NCBI GenBank assembly: GCA_004022145.1
Contig: RCNU01000002.1
Origin: Paecilomyces variotii
Lineage: Eukaryota
DNA length: 64,000 nt
Reading direction: 5' to 3' (one strand)
The notes beneath the pieces were generated by a model, which had not been told where the DNA came from, ran no database searches, and was given only the letters and a program-made list of their open reading frames with translations. Position numbers and translations under genes: made by a program. Shown here piece by piece: positions 37,890 to 49,665 of this stretch (positions are counted from its first letter, which is position 1; each line of letters starts with the position of its first letter).

Positions 37890-39122
37890 ATGGATTCACA
37901 ACCGTACCCTATCCCAGCGGGACTACATGTTATACCCTCTCATCTCCTCGATCTCCGTCCGGACAACGAAATCGATCATGATCTCCTTCACCCCAAGCCC
38001 ATCACAAACGAGAAGAACATCTGGTTCTTCTGGCATCAGGGCTATGCCAACATGCATCCCTACACGAAACGCAATATCCGCGCCTGGCACCGGCGCTTCT
38101 CGAAACTAGGCTGGACAATCCGCGTTCTGGACCGTCAGCCAGATTCTCAATTAAACGTCGCGAATTTCCTCGACGTTTCTGACCCAGGCACGTTCCCTCA
38201 GGCGTTCAGGGACGGTACCATCGGCGGAGACTACGCAGCGCAACACACCTCCGACCTCGTCCGATGGCCACTCTTGCTCAAGTATGGCGGTGTGTATGCA
38301 GACGTGGGACTCATCCAGATCGGCGACTTGGACCGTCTATGGCGCGAGACAGTGGGCGATCCGGCATCGCGTTTTGAAGTCCTCTCCTACAATGCAGGCG
38401 GTGCTGAAGGACGCAGTCTAACGAATTATTTCCTCTGTTCTGGTCGGAATAATCCGCTCTTTGCGCGATGCCATCGACTCCTATTACAGCTGTGGGCTGC
38501 AGATGGTGGGAAAACCAGCACGGAAGGCATGCATAGTAGCGCGTTGTTAAAAGGCGTTCCTTTAATGGGCGGATGGTTTACCATTGAGGAGGAGGACGGG
38601 ACGGTTATCAACGTGGAGGATTCAGGGAAGCTACTGACTGATTATATTATTCAGGGACAGGTGATGACGATGGTCATGGGTCTGGTTGATGAGGAGGATG
38701 GATGGGATGGACCCAAGTATGTTGCCGAGCACGTCTACGGGATCGAGTTCATGGAAGGGTCGCAGCTCATCAATGTGTTTACGGAATGGAACGGCCGGAA
38801 AGCATTCGAGTTGATGTCGCTTCCACTGCCGAAAGAGGGCGAGGAGGAGAGTGCAGAGCAGAAGCAGGCTAGAGAGATTATTGAGGCTTGCTTGCGGAAG
38901 AGTTTCGGGTTCAAACTCGCTCATGGACTGATTCTGCGAGTGTATAAAGAGACCCTGGGTTCGCTATGGAGGGGCAATGAGGGATCAGATAATGTGCCAG
39001 GGACGTATGCGCACTGGTTCCGCCACGCAACGCTGTTTTGGAACCAGGACAGTGTACCTCCTGCGTTGGAGTTTAGGCCGATAGCGCCTTTTAAGAGGGG
39101 GCCACTGTTGAGGGTGGAGTAA
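37890..39122 (+). CDS. capsular-polysaccharide-synthesis-type (GT32-like) glycosyltransferase
   Basis: KNIWFFWHQG, QHTSDLVRWPLLLKYGGVYADVG motif. Confidence 0.82.
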   Translation: MDSQPYPIPAGLHVIPSHLLDLRPDNEIDHDLLHPKPITNEKNIWFFWHQGYANMHPYTKRNIRAWHRRFSKLGWTIRVLDRQPDSQLNVANFLDVSDPGTFPQAFRDGTIGGDYAAQHTSDLVRWPLLLKYGGVYADVGLIQIGDLDRLWRETVGDPASRFEVLSYNAGGAEGRSLTNYFLCSGRNNPLFARCHRLLLQLWAADGGKTSTEGMHSSALLKGVPLMGGWFTIEEEDGTVINVEDSGKLLTDYIIQGQVMTMVMGLVDEEDGWDGPKYVAEHVYGIEFMEGSQLINVFTEWNGRKAFELMSLPLPKEGEEESAEQKQAREIIEACLRKSFGFKLAHGLILRVYKETLGSLWRGNEGSDNVPGTYAHWFRHATLFWNQDSVPPALEFRPIAPFKRGPLLRVE

Positions 39123-39163
39123 ATGATACAATAAAGACAGAAGCTGGATATATCACTAGACTG

Positions 39164-39166
<3 letters not shown>

Positions 39167-39196
<30 letters not shown>
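39167..39196. repeat. (AT)n microsatellite
   Basis: Direct reading. Confidence 0.95.
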
Positions 39197-39199
<3 letters not shown>

Positions 39200-39762
39200 T
39201 CTGGTTGGACGGATAGTTTCATAACAGACTAATAAAATCGAGTAGGTAGCGTGAGTTGTCGAATCCAGAGCACAGAAGAACGGTCATAATATTGAATCAC
39301 CTAGCTGATATATCAAGACTGCTTGGTTGCTTGCTCGATTCTAGTTAGGTAGTTATAAGGGTTTGGACCCATGTTTACTGTATCTCGTAACTATAAAAAG
39401 AATATCAGACCTAGGGGCCAGACCTCTAAGGAGTTCTCCTTTTTGGTCTAGTCGTGTAGTCGACTTCCGTCAAAGAATCTAGATCTAGATGTGATAGATC
39501 TCGCTGGTTAAATCTATTATTAGTGCCTCATTAAAGCAGATGATATGACAGATAACCTGGATGTACGCTTTGTGCGCCAACAGAAGTCAAAGCTTAGAGA
39601 TCTGGCCTTCAAAAATATAATAATAATCTGTCTTCTTCACATGGAGAGGAATTTAAAACGAAAGAGTTGCGACAAAATATTACCCTTCCTTCCGGAATAT
39701 TGGCCGCACACGGGTTGCATTCCATAGGTTACTGCACTGGTGTTAGATAATAATATATAACT

Positions 39763-40237
39763 CCGAGGTATGGAATAATTGGCGTCGAGGCCGGAGTAGG
39801 ATATGTATTGTTATTTACAGCACGTGTTGGCTTCCCCATCCGGACATATTTAACTTACCATACCATACTTGATTACTTACATAGCTCCACGCGGTTGGCG
39901 GTAAGTCCCGAGGGCCCACGTGCAGGTACAAGTACCAGTAAGCATCGACAATAATAATAATAAACAAGTATGTACAGACAATCTACCTAGTTCTCACCTG
40001 GAATCGCTGACAGACTCTGGGATATGGTTGGAAAATCTCAATAGAGTAAGAACAGAAAAGCACGCAATGCATGATGATGCTGTGACCTGCAGAGTGGCAG
40101 ATTATTATTTCTTCTGCATCAACAATCTCTCCGCTATCTACCGTGCACGGTCGCAATGCGCCGCGCCACCAGATGATCGGCGGCCGTTGGGGTTTAAACG
40201 GCCGACCGCATTCATATGGTCTGTCAGCCAACCGAGG
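39763..40237 (+). promoter_or_regulatory. three CCGAGG motifs (FarA/FarB fatty-acid response element) upstream of the acyl-CoA ligase
   Basis: CCGAGG at 39763, 39908, 40232. Confidence 0.5.
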
Positions 40238-40549
40238 CATTCCATATCCTGATCCCGGAGGCGTCGTCTCCAGACAATAATAATTCTACCTCTAGTAACT
40301 AAATAGTTGGTATATTATTTATTATAACTAGAGCGCTGGTCGCACCTTCCACCGGTGGTTTCTTTTTGAGGTGGCTCGTGTCAACTTCTTTGTTCGCCTG
40401 AAATCTCGTCGTTGGGGGATTCTAATTAGCTTCGACAAAGTTGCAACTCTCATGCCCTTTTATCCTTCCCTCATAGATTGTTCTCCTATTAGAATCTCAT
40501 AGATTGGGATTGCCATCCATAATCCCAATTCTGCTCCAGACTGCCTATA

Positions 40550-42646
40550 ATGGCGCACCTACTAAGCCTTCCAGGTGAGTACAGATCGATAATGAGCAGT
40601 GAGATAATTAATCGCCCCTGAGTCCAAAACTAACGGTCTGCTTCACATCCATAGACATTCCAATACAAGTCGCAGTCCCAGCGGCTGTCGCGTCTCTCGC
40701 CTATTTGGACGCCAAGCTCGCTTTTGCGTACGACTGGAGTCTCGTGAGCGCCCTGGTCAAATTGACAATTCGCCGCCGCTTGGCGGAGTGTCGCGATCGG
40801 TTGAACTTGTTCTTCGTGCTCGAAAAGCACGCCCAGTCCGCAAAGACGGCCGATCATCCGTTCATCGTGTACAACGGCCAGACATGGACTTTCAAGGAGA
40901 CGTACGAGATAGCCTTGCGCTACGGGACATATTTCAGGAACACGCATCGAGTCCAGCCGAGGGAGATCGTGGCGATGGACTTTATGAATTCGTCCACCTT
41001 TCTCTTCATCTGGATGGGACTGTGGAGCATTGGAGCTGTCCCCGCCTTCATCAATTACAATCTGAGAGGGAAACCTCTTACACACTCCGTGAAGGCGTCG
41101 ACCGCACGTCTGCTGCTCGTCGAGGATGAACTTCGCGATTCCTTTTCCCCCGAGCAACTGGGGGAATTCGCATCCCCCTCGTTCAGGGATGGAGAAGGAG
41201 GCGTCGAAGTGGTCTTCTATACGCCAGAAGTAGAATCTCAGATTCTCCAGACTCCACCCGTGCGGGAGGACGACAGTCTGCGAACTGGTGTGGCCGCTCG
41301 GGACATCGCTACGCTGGTCTACACCAGCGGAACTACTGGGCTCCCCAAACCAGCGATTGTCAGCTGGCAGAAAAGCTGGGCTGGCAGCATTTTCGTTAGC
41401 AACTGGTTGGATCTAAAGAAAACGGATCGATTCTATACGGTGAGTCGCTTGCATTATCCTTCCGGTGGACCATAGTACTCACGTTTGCCAGTGTATGCCA
41501 CTATACCACTCGTCAGCTTCTCTACTGGGGTTCACCACCTGCTTGAATTCTGGGACAACAATTATCATCGGCCGTCGATTCTCTGCGAGGAACTTCTGGA
41601 AGGAAGTTCGCGATAACAATGCCACCATCATCCAATACGTTGGAGAGACGCTGCGCTATCTGCTCGCCGTGCCACCAGAAATTGACCCCAGGACTGGCGA
41701 GAACCTCGACAGGAAAAATAACGTCCGCTTAGCTTTCGGGAACGGCCTACGTCCCGACATATGGAACAAGGTCAAGGAGCGTTTTGGCATCGAGACCATC
41801 GGCGAGTTTTACGCAGCCACCGAAGGCACGTCTGGATCGTGGAATCTGTCTTCCAACGATTTTGCGGCAGGTGCCGTCGGAAGGAACGGCACCATTGCTC
41901 AATGGGTTCTCGGACGTGGTATTGCTTTCGTGGAAGTTGATCATGAAGCGGAAGCGCCCTGGCGTGATCCCAAGACCGGATTCTGCAAGAGAGTGCCGAA
42001 AGGTGAGCCCGGAGAGTTAATCTATGCGCTGGATGCGCAAGACCCGTCGCAGACATTCCAGGGGTATTACAAGAACGCCAAAGCCACCGAGAGCAAGATC
42101 TTGCGCGACGTGTTCACTAAAGGTGACGCATGGTACCGTACTGGAGATACAATTCGCTGGGACAACGAAGGCCGATGGTACTTTTCAGACCGGATCGGTG
42201 ATACTTTCCGTTGGAAGAGCGAGAATGTGTCCACTAGCGAAGTTGCTGAAGTCCTTGGTGGGCATCCCGATGTACAGGAAGCGAATGTCTACGGTGTGGC
42301 ATTGCCTCACCATGATGGACGGGCTGGCTGCGCAGCTCTGGTCCTGAAAAACGGAGTTGAGACTTCTACTGGTGCCCCCGAGCCTTCACAGGAATCTCTC
42401 AGTTCACTGGCGTCCTACGTACTGAAGAATCTTCCCAAATATGCAGTCCCTCTCTTCCTGCGCATCACCAGTGACATGCAAGCTACTGGGAACAACAAGC
42501 AGCAAAAGCATACTCTCCGGATAGAAGGCGTCAACCCGGGGCTCGTCTCTCCCAAGGACCGGCTCTATTGGCTGCAGGGTGACAGATATGTGCCATTTGA
42601 AAGGAAAGACTGGGACAGGCTCGATGCAGGACAAGTGAAGCTCTGA
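40550..42646 (+). CDS. FAT1: very-long-chain acyl-CoA synthetase / fatty acid transport protein (Fat1-like), 3 exons
   Basis: YTSGTTGLPK AMP-binding motif, MPLYH, EFYAATEG, DRIGDTFRWKSENVST FATP signature; introns ~40575-40654 and 41440-41492; ends VKL (PTS1-like). Confidence 0.92.
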
Positions 42647-43335
42647 GCTGAAGGCGCCTATCCGCTTTATGATGCATGCGTTCCTACCTAATTATCGTTA
42701 CGTTTTTCGGCGTTTGCGACTGACCGAGATACCCATCAAATGGCCCAATTCCCCCTATGAGAGCTTCTACCTTTCGTCTAGTGTGACGCAGGGTATGCAT
42801 GTACGTATGTTATTGATATGTAAATATGAACCTTGTCTATCATTATTGTCTGTCCAGCTTTCGATATCGGTTTAGAAAAATGTAGAGAACAAACCACAGG
42901 CCAAGCCTTCTCTTCTCGGTAGTTATCCGAGCTGTCGAAACGTGACTTAAACGCTTTGGATACTAAGGAAATACCTAGGTAGTTAGAACTGATATGACGA
43001 TTAACGCCAGCCGTGACACCCGAGTCCTTTACTAATTAAACGCCAAGTACAGGAAGCTCATGGAATATATCATGTCGGAGCCTGCATACGCAGGCCTCCT
43101 GTCGGGTCTCTCTCTTTTACTTGCTCTTTTTTCCTCTTCTAGATTTTATTTTTCTTTTTTCTATAACACTCTACACTTTAGCCTATACTATAGTTTATAG
43201 AAAAAAAATGAGAAATAGAAAGATAATATGTTATCATAAGCTACTTAATACAAATCTGTGAGTGTGTAAAATGAGCATTCTAAAAGAACCAGGAATAAAC
43301 TTCATAGAACCGTGAGTGATCCCGGGGAAAAGAAA

Positions 43336-44723
43336 TCAGCGAAGAGGAAGGCGTCGAGGACTAGTGGAGGAAGTGTCGTGCAACTCTCTAACCTTCGAAG
43401 AAGACCTTTGAGGCGATTGGTTTTCTTTGGTCCCGCGCTGTCGTGACGGAGATTGAGACGGCTGTCGAGAAGCTGGTTGGGAAAATACAGCCGACATCGA
43501 GGGGGACGACAGTGTCTCCTCCAGAAGAGGATACATATCACCTGACGCATCGTCATCATCGTCTAGTTCGTCGTCAGTCACATCTGCTGCGCCACTGATA
43601 GCAACAACTCTGTTCAAGACCCATTGCATTTGTAACAGCTCGAACGACGGCAATGGGTGGTTCTCCGGGTCCTCTGTGGTGATTGTAATTATGTCTCCAG
43701 ACAAAATACATTTGTCTTGATCGCCGTTCCACAGTTTCGCGTTCAAGTTGCCATGTCTTAGATCAGAGGGAATCGATGGGGGCGTAGTCAACCGAGCGAT
43801 TTTGGCATATTGGTATGTGGGCATCCAAAAAAACTGGAGGTCCATCTTTTTTTTGTCCTCCGAAGGTTCGAAAGGCTTCAATGCGAATCTTGCTTTGCCC
43901 CATAAACGATGGGCCGACGGAGAGAGACATATCAAATTTGCACAATGTTCGGTGCGATCACGGCCCGTCACTTGTCTCTTCCATGCTTCTATCTTCGCAG
44001 CACTCCAATAGGTTTTGAGCCTAGCCCAAAAGAGGAATTGCGTCGATCCCTCCGGTTCTTTTCCGAGGGCAAAGGGGAAAATGTGACATTTGTCTACGGG
44101 GTCTTGCACCTTTTCGATAATGCAAGCACCCCTGTCTCTCTCTGAACACTGTAGGTTATCAGCATTTATCATGAAGGGATACAAGGCGTCTAATAAAAAG
44201 TGAGAGACGATATGAAACAGCTCACAGTTCAGAAATGTGGGCCAAGTCATAATCTTGCAGAAGGGGTGAGATATGGTCAAAACTTACGGCATTCTTCGCA
44301 GCCTCGGAGCGCTGGTTTGTGACCGACGACTGAACTGGTCGAGGCAGCCGCGTGGGACTCTCTGTCGCTGTGCGTTTTCGAGGAACTGTGGTGGTGGAGG
44401 TTGCGGTGGAGGCAGGAACACGAGGAGACGTCCCTGATGAAGTTAGTGATTACATCAAGCATATTATTTTCATCAATCAGAAACAATACGATGAAATACT
44501 CACACTTCCTCAGATGCTCAACATCATGATTCTCGAGCTGCTGAAGAATATCCTCGGGGCATGTCTCTGCACGAGTTACGAAGCCTCGCAGTTTTTCTAT
44601 ATCTGAAAGCCAGAGACATGCCCAGGTTGCGCTGCTCAGCTTGGCCATTCCGGAGAGGGCTCGATCCAGATTTTCGATGAGCGTCACTCGTTCTTCGTGA
44701 TGAAATTCCTCAAAGGCCGACAT
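43336..44723 (-). CDS. fungal HNH endonuclease (HNH_2-type) protein, multi-exon
   Basis: CSERDRGACII..DKCHIFPF..CANLICLSPSAHRLWGKARFALKP..HPLPSFELLQMQW; ORF 44277-44723 supplies the N-terminal exon(s). Confidence 0.8.
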
Positions 44724-45249
44724 GTTGTTCGCCGTGATGATGTCGGAAATGATGACAAAATGACAGAAGGGATATAAATGAGGTTAGAAGAATGAGGTCT
44801 AGACGATAGGTCAGAAGGAAGCTCAGCAGGGTCTACACACAGCGAGGTAAAGCTGGGTAGCCGACGACGTTGCAAGAGTCAGGAAACCAGAGAATCCTTC
44901 TGCGGTGTGAAATATCGCGAAACTTATGACTGAGGAAAAAAAGAGAAAGAAAGAAAGAAGAGAGAGAAGTGCGGTATGATGAAGTGTGAAAGAAAAGAAC
45001 AAAGAAGAGAGACTTCATACCTATAGGTAGGTACCTACCTGGTACCTAGTACCTAGCGGGTACATCCATCCATTCTGCCTATGCTAATCCTGATGTGGAT
45101 TAGCTCTCTCCGCATTTTAGCGCGACCCCGGTTGGAGCGAGGTCGGAGAACCGGCAACGTTGCTTAGGCACCATATCAATCCGAAAGTGAGAAAGGCTTT
45201 ACTTGATGAATAAAATGCAAGCAAAAGAGTACTTTAACATTCCACGATA

Positions 45250-46481
45250 ATGACTGCCAAAATGCCATCAATGACGCAAATCACCCATTTCAACTATCCC
45301 TTCACGCTTCGAGCGCGTCATTTCTCCAGTTCTTCTATATACCGTTCATCAACATCCGATTCGTCCCCACTGTCCGCTGCTTCAGTAGCCTCATCATTTC
45401 TCTCCAAATTTGCATCTTTGGGTCCTCAAACCCGCACTCAGACTCTCGATGCAAACCAATTGCAACTACTCTCTCTGACTCTGAATCGTCCAACGCTCTA
45501 TGCTGACTCTCCTCATCTATCCAATGCCGCACCACCTCCTGCGGGAACTCCACTCCCGCCTGGATATCACCTGGCGTACTTTACCCCTCCCTTTCTCGAA
45601 GGGGAGCTGGGTGCAGACGGCACGGATAAATCGTATAATCCAGAGTCACCGTTTACTAGACGAATGTGGGCAGGTGGAGAGGTGCGATGGCCACGGAGAG
45701 ATGGGGAAGTGTTGAATCCTCTCCGCGTAGGACAGGAAGTTCGAGAGACGACCAAGGTGTTGTCTGCAGAGCCGAAGGTGGTGCGGAAAACGGGCGAAGA
45801 GATGATTGTTGTTGGTGTGGAGAAGATGTTTGAGAATGAAGATGGGGTTGCGGTTATTGATCGACGGTAAGTAATTACTTAACTACCTAGTAAGATGAGT
45901 TTAGCCTTTCACTAGCAGTGTCTATTTTTCCCTGATCAATTTCATCTTGTATTGAATATGTTTTGGAAGCTTGCTGACGGAAGTCTTCATACAGGAACTG
46001 GGTCTTTCGGAAAGCTCTTCCTACCGATGGGCCTAAACATAATCCACCACAGCCTTGCGTTGGTGTATCTTCATCACAACCTGCACCAGAACCTTCTTCT
46101 CCTACAGCAAAGGTACACGTCCGGACTTTGAAACAGACACCCGTCACCCTGTTCCGTTTCTCTGCACTCACTTTCAACGGGCATAAGATCCACTATTCCC
46201 TGCCTTGGGCACGGGAAGTAGAAGGCCACAAAAGCATCGTTGTCCACGGACCACTGAATCTAATTTCGATTCTTGACTTCTGGCGAGACGTTCGAGGTCA
46301 AGGTGGCAAATCAGATGAATTTTCCATCGTTCCTGAGAGTATTTCTTATCGAGCTACGAATCCGCTATACGCGGAGGAGGAATACCGTATGTTCCTGGAA
46401 GAGGACGGAAAAGAAGGCCGAGTACAGATATATGGTCCTACTGGTGATGTTGCTATGAAGGCGGAGATAAGGGCTTTTTAA
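45250..46481 (+). CDS. double hot-dog dehydratase (HTD2 / mesaconyl-C4-CoA hydratase-like), probably mitochondrial
   Basis: LPPGYHLAYF, ELGADGTD, FTRRMWAGG, LFRFSALTFNGHKIHY, VVHGPLN; intron 45867-45994. Confidence 0.85.
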
Positions 46482-47189
46482 GGCTGGTGTAATCACATGT
46501 TTTCACTGTTAACTGCATCTCTCTGTCGTTGGATCCGGTGCTACAATTGAGACAACTAGCATTATCTGAGGAGCGAAGCTCGCTGAGCTTGGATTCATCT
46601 AGCAACTAGCTCAGCCTATTTATCCCTGTGGGTGGAGGAGCCAGAAAGGCGTGGGAGAAACCCGACAGGAAATCTGCCTGTAGGCAGATTCCGACATTAT
46701 CTATTAAGCTATATTTGAAATGTGGTTATTTGGATAATGATATCGGTATATACTTCAACAATCTATTGCGTCTAACGCTTTCAGCCTAAAACCTTACTGT
46801 AGTGACGTGGTCTCTTCAACCTTGGAACTGTCTCTGAAGTCCAAATCGGTTATAGTTGGCCGGTCCCTGCCTGCAACTGCCTGCAACACCACTCCGTATA
46901 AAATAAAAGTCCAGTTCCTTTGCATTATTTCTTTTCCATGTCTACATTTCCTGGAGTGCAAGAATTGTCCCTTAAGGCCCAACAGGACCTATAGACCTGC
47001 GGGGGTCTTTCAATGTTAAAGGAATCAAGTGACGCAGGAACTTCACTGCAACTTTACCGATAGGCTTTTTACCTTCATCTCCCCTTATGGTCAATTAACT
47101 GGTATGATGAGTGAAGCCTATCCAGCTACCTCTCCGTTTAATCTAGCTCGCATTCCACTATATTATCGTATGTCAAGATGCCCTCTAAT

Positions 47190-48075
47190 GTCTTCGCTAC
47201 TTTCTCCCAGACCAAACAACCTCTAGATGGAAAGCTTGCTCAATATCAACCACTACATCCCGAGGATGATACTGCAGATTTCTTGAGAAATCCTTTTCAA
47301 ATACCTACCATTGGATGGGCAAGGCAACTTAGTAGGCTATAACTCCATCTGCTTGCCTTGGTGTAGAAGATTCTATTGAAGATATCCATAGCGCTAGCAG
47401 GGATGAGCAACAACCACTATGTGATCGCTGTCTAGCAAGAGATGGATATAGGTGTGTGGTGTCAAAAGCTTGGAGTTCATATTACAACCAACGCCCCTCT
47501 GACTCGATCGACCATCCTTTGAAAACTGCCCATATCATTCCGTTTTCTTTTAGGAGTCTTCCGGGAAAATGATACAGATGACCGATATAGGCATGCAACA
47601 ATGTGGATTAACCTCAACCGATACTTTCCTGGCCTCCACTCACGTGTGGGCTTTTCTTCGGATGACATTATTATTAATCGAGAAGAAAATATCATGATGA
47701 TGGCTGAAGGAGTCCATGGCCAGTTTGGGAAGTTTCACTTTATTTTCGAAGCGATGCAGACCCCGAATTGATATTTTCTCAAAGTATTTCCAAAATTTGC
47801 CCGCCGGTATCTAAGGGACCTGCCATCTGACAGATTCGTTACGTTCACAAGCCATGACGGGAGATATCCCCTTCTCCATCCAACTCTCCTTGCCGTTCAT
47901 GCAGCCATTGGGAATATCTTACATCTAAGCGCCGGCGGAAAAACGATCGAAGCGCTTAAGCGCGATCTGGGAGACATGAGCGGGGGACTTGCTAGGGAAG
48001 GGAGCACGAGGATTGAGAATCTTCTCTCAGTGAGCAAACTCTCCATACTATCTTCTGGTGCGAACAGATGGGTAG
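47190..48075 (+). pseudogene. HNH endonuclease pseudogene
   Basis: RCLARDGYRCVVS..KTAHIIPFS (extra T, frameshift ~47550)..INREENIMMMAEGVHGQFGKF..PN*YF (in-frame TGA ~47769)..LLAVHAAIGNILH. Confidence 0.8.
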
Positions 48076-49271
48076 ACCACGAGGAGAACCGGCGACGCAA
48101 CCCCGGCTAGGTTGCTCGCATTCGGAGAAATCAAATGCAGCCATCAGGAAGAGCATACCCACCCTCATCTTGTGCTCTGCACGTTGCTTCAAGTCTGCTT
48201 TAAGATCCTGCGTGCGCGCTGTCAATGTCTTTTCAAACTGGTCTACATCTTCTGTTCCCCTTCTTCTCGAAGATTCAGATAGAATTACCGTCCATTGCTC
48301 CAATACCTGCGTCTCATAACGCGTGATCTTACTGACATTGAAAGCCTCTTTGTCACCCTCGTGTGGTACCTCGTTAATGTCCGCGATTACATCAATGCTG
48401 CCTTTCATCAGATTCTCCCTTCTGAGGAGAGAGTCCGTGACCTGTTCTGTCTCGGCAACTTTTCCTATTGTCCTGGCCTTTTCGACGTTATTCAGTCTGG
48501 GTTCGCAGGCGCTGAAAACTAAATGTCGGGAGGGTTCAGCTTGATATCGGTAGATATTACTTATCTAGTCCAGAATCGACTTTCGACTGTCGTATGTGTT
48601 GAAGTACTTCCTTCTCATGCAGTAAATTGCACAAGCATCTGATGGAGACCAACTTCAGATGTCAGCTAGTCTGTCAGATCCCGCGGCTTCTGTTGCGGCG
48701 AGCTGCAACCCTGCTGCTTCCCTATACAAACCGGATACCGACTGCAACGGGAAGCCACCTAGATCCACCTGCATTGGATCAATGAAGACGGGAGTAGAGC
48801 CGTGGAACGGTTCGATCAGGGGTTCAATTCAGCTCTAGGCAGCTGCAATATTGGGATAGAGTCGAGGAGTTTAAATAGCTGGTAGATTTCGGTGTCCTTT
48901 AGTTTTCAAGCAATCCAAAAATCATTCCGGTTTCGTATGCTCCTTCAGAATCTTTGCTTCCGTGATCTTAGATCTTCACAAGTAGCATCATGTGTCATTT
49001 GAGGAACATGAACAATATTTATATGTTGTCTTTGCCCGGCTAGGACAGACTACGTATCTGAAGACCACGGATGCTGGCCTTCAAGCGAAGCGAGTCATTG
49101 ATATTCTCAAGCATCAAGGAGAACTTCCCAGGAGAGCCTTTCGAGCAACTTTTAATTGTCTAAAGATGCAGTCTATATGTTGTTTTTATTGCGGTAGCTT
49201 AACACTTGCCGAGACAAGGTATCAGATCGGCAACTTGAAACGATCTAATTTTTAGCGTCACGTGAATAGAC

Positions 49272-49365
49272 GCCCTGGTGGTCTAGTGGTATGATTCGCG
49301 CTTAGGGTCAACCCTTTGCTTAGCTATATTGCGCGAGGTCCCGCGTTCGATCCGCGGCTAGGGCC
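49272..49365 (+). tRNA. tRNA-Pro(AGG) with ~22-nt intron
   Basis: Acceptor GCCCTGG/CTAGGGC, A-box TGGTCTAGTGG, anticodon arm CGCGC-TTAGGG[intron]T-GCGCG, T-arm CCGCG-TTCGATC-CGCGG, downstream poly-T. Confidence 0.93.
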
Positions 49366-49665
49366 GTTCTCTTTTTTATTTTTTATTTTTTTTTGTCAGC
49401 TGAGATCAGCTCTCTGCTGAATATTAAATAACCCCCAAGTCTCACGATATAGAAAGAAGCATTACTGTGGTGCCGGATTAGCCCTACAGCTGAAACTTAG
49501 TCTACTTCCAGAATAGCGCCGGGTGTCTCGCTCGTAGAGATCAATATTGCAGACGAAGACAGCCGTCAGTCAGTTCAATATATCTTAGATATCATATGCT
49601 ATTGGCGTAACCGAGCAGAGTTTTACCTCCTGTGGTTAGTTAATGCTCGAGTAGCCCGGACAAAG

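Noticed and set aside
40550..46481. Secondary-metabolite cluster (acyl-CoA ligase + dehydratase + nearby TF)
   Set aside because: No PKS/NRPS/terpene backbone gene; genes look like ordinary lipid housekeeping orthologs
47992..48408. 138-aa minus-strand ORF as a functional gene
   Set aside because: No recognisable motif, stops immediately upstream in frame, and it overlaps the HNH pseudogene end; treated as a remnant
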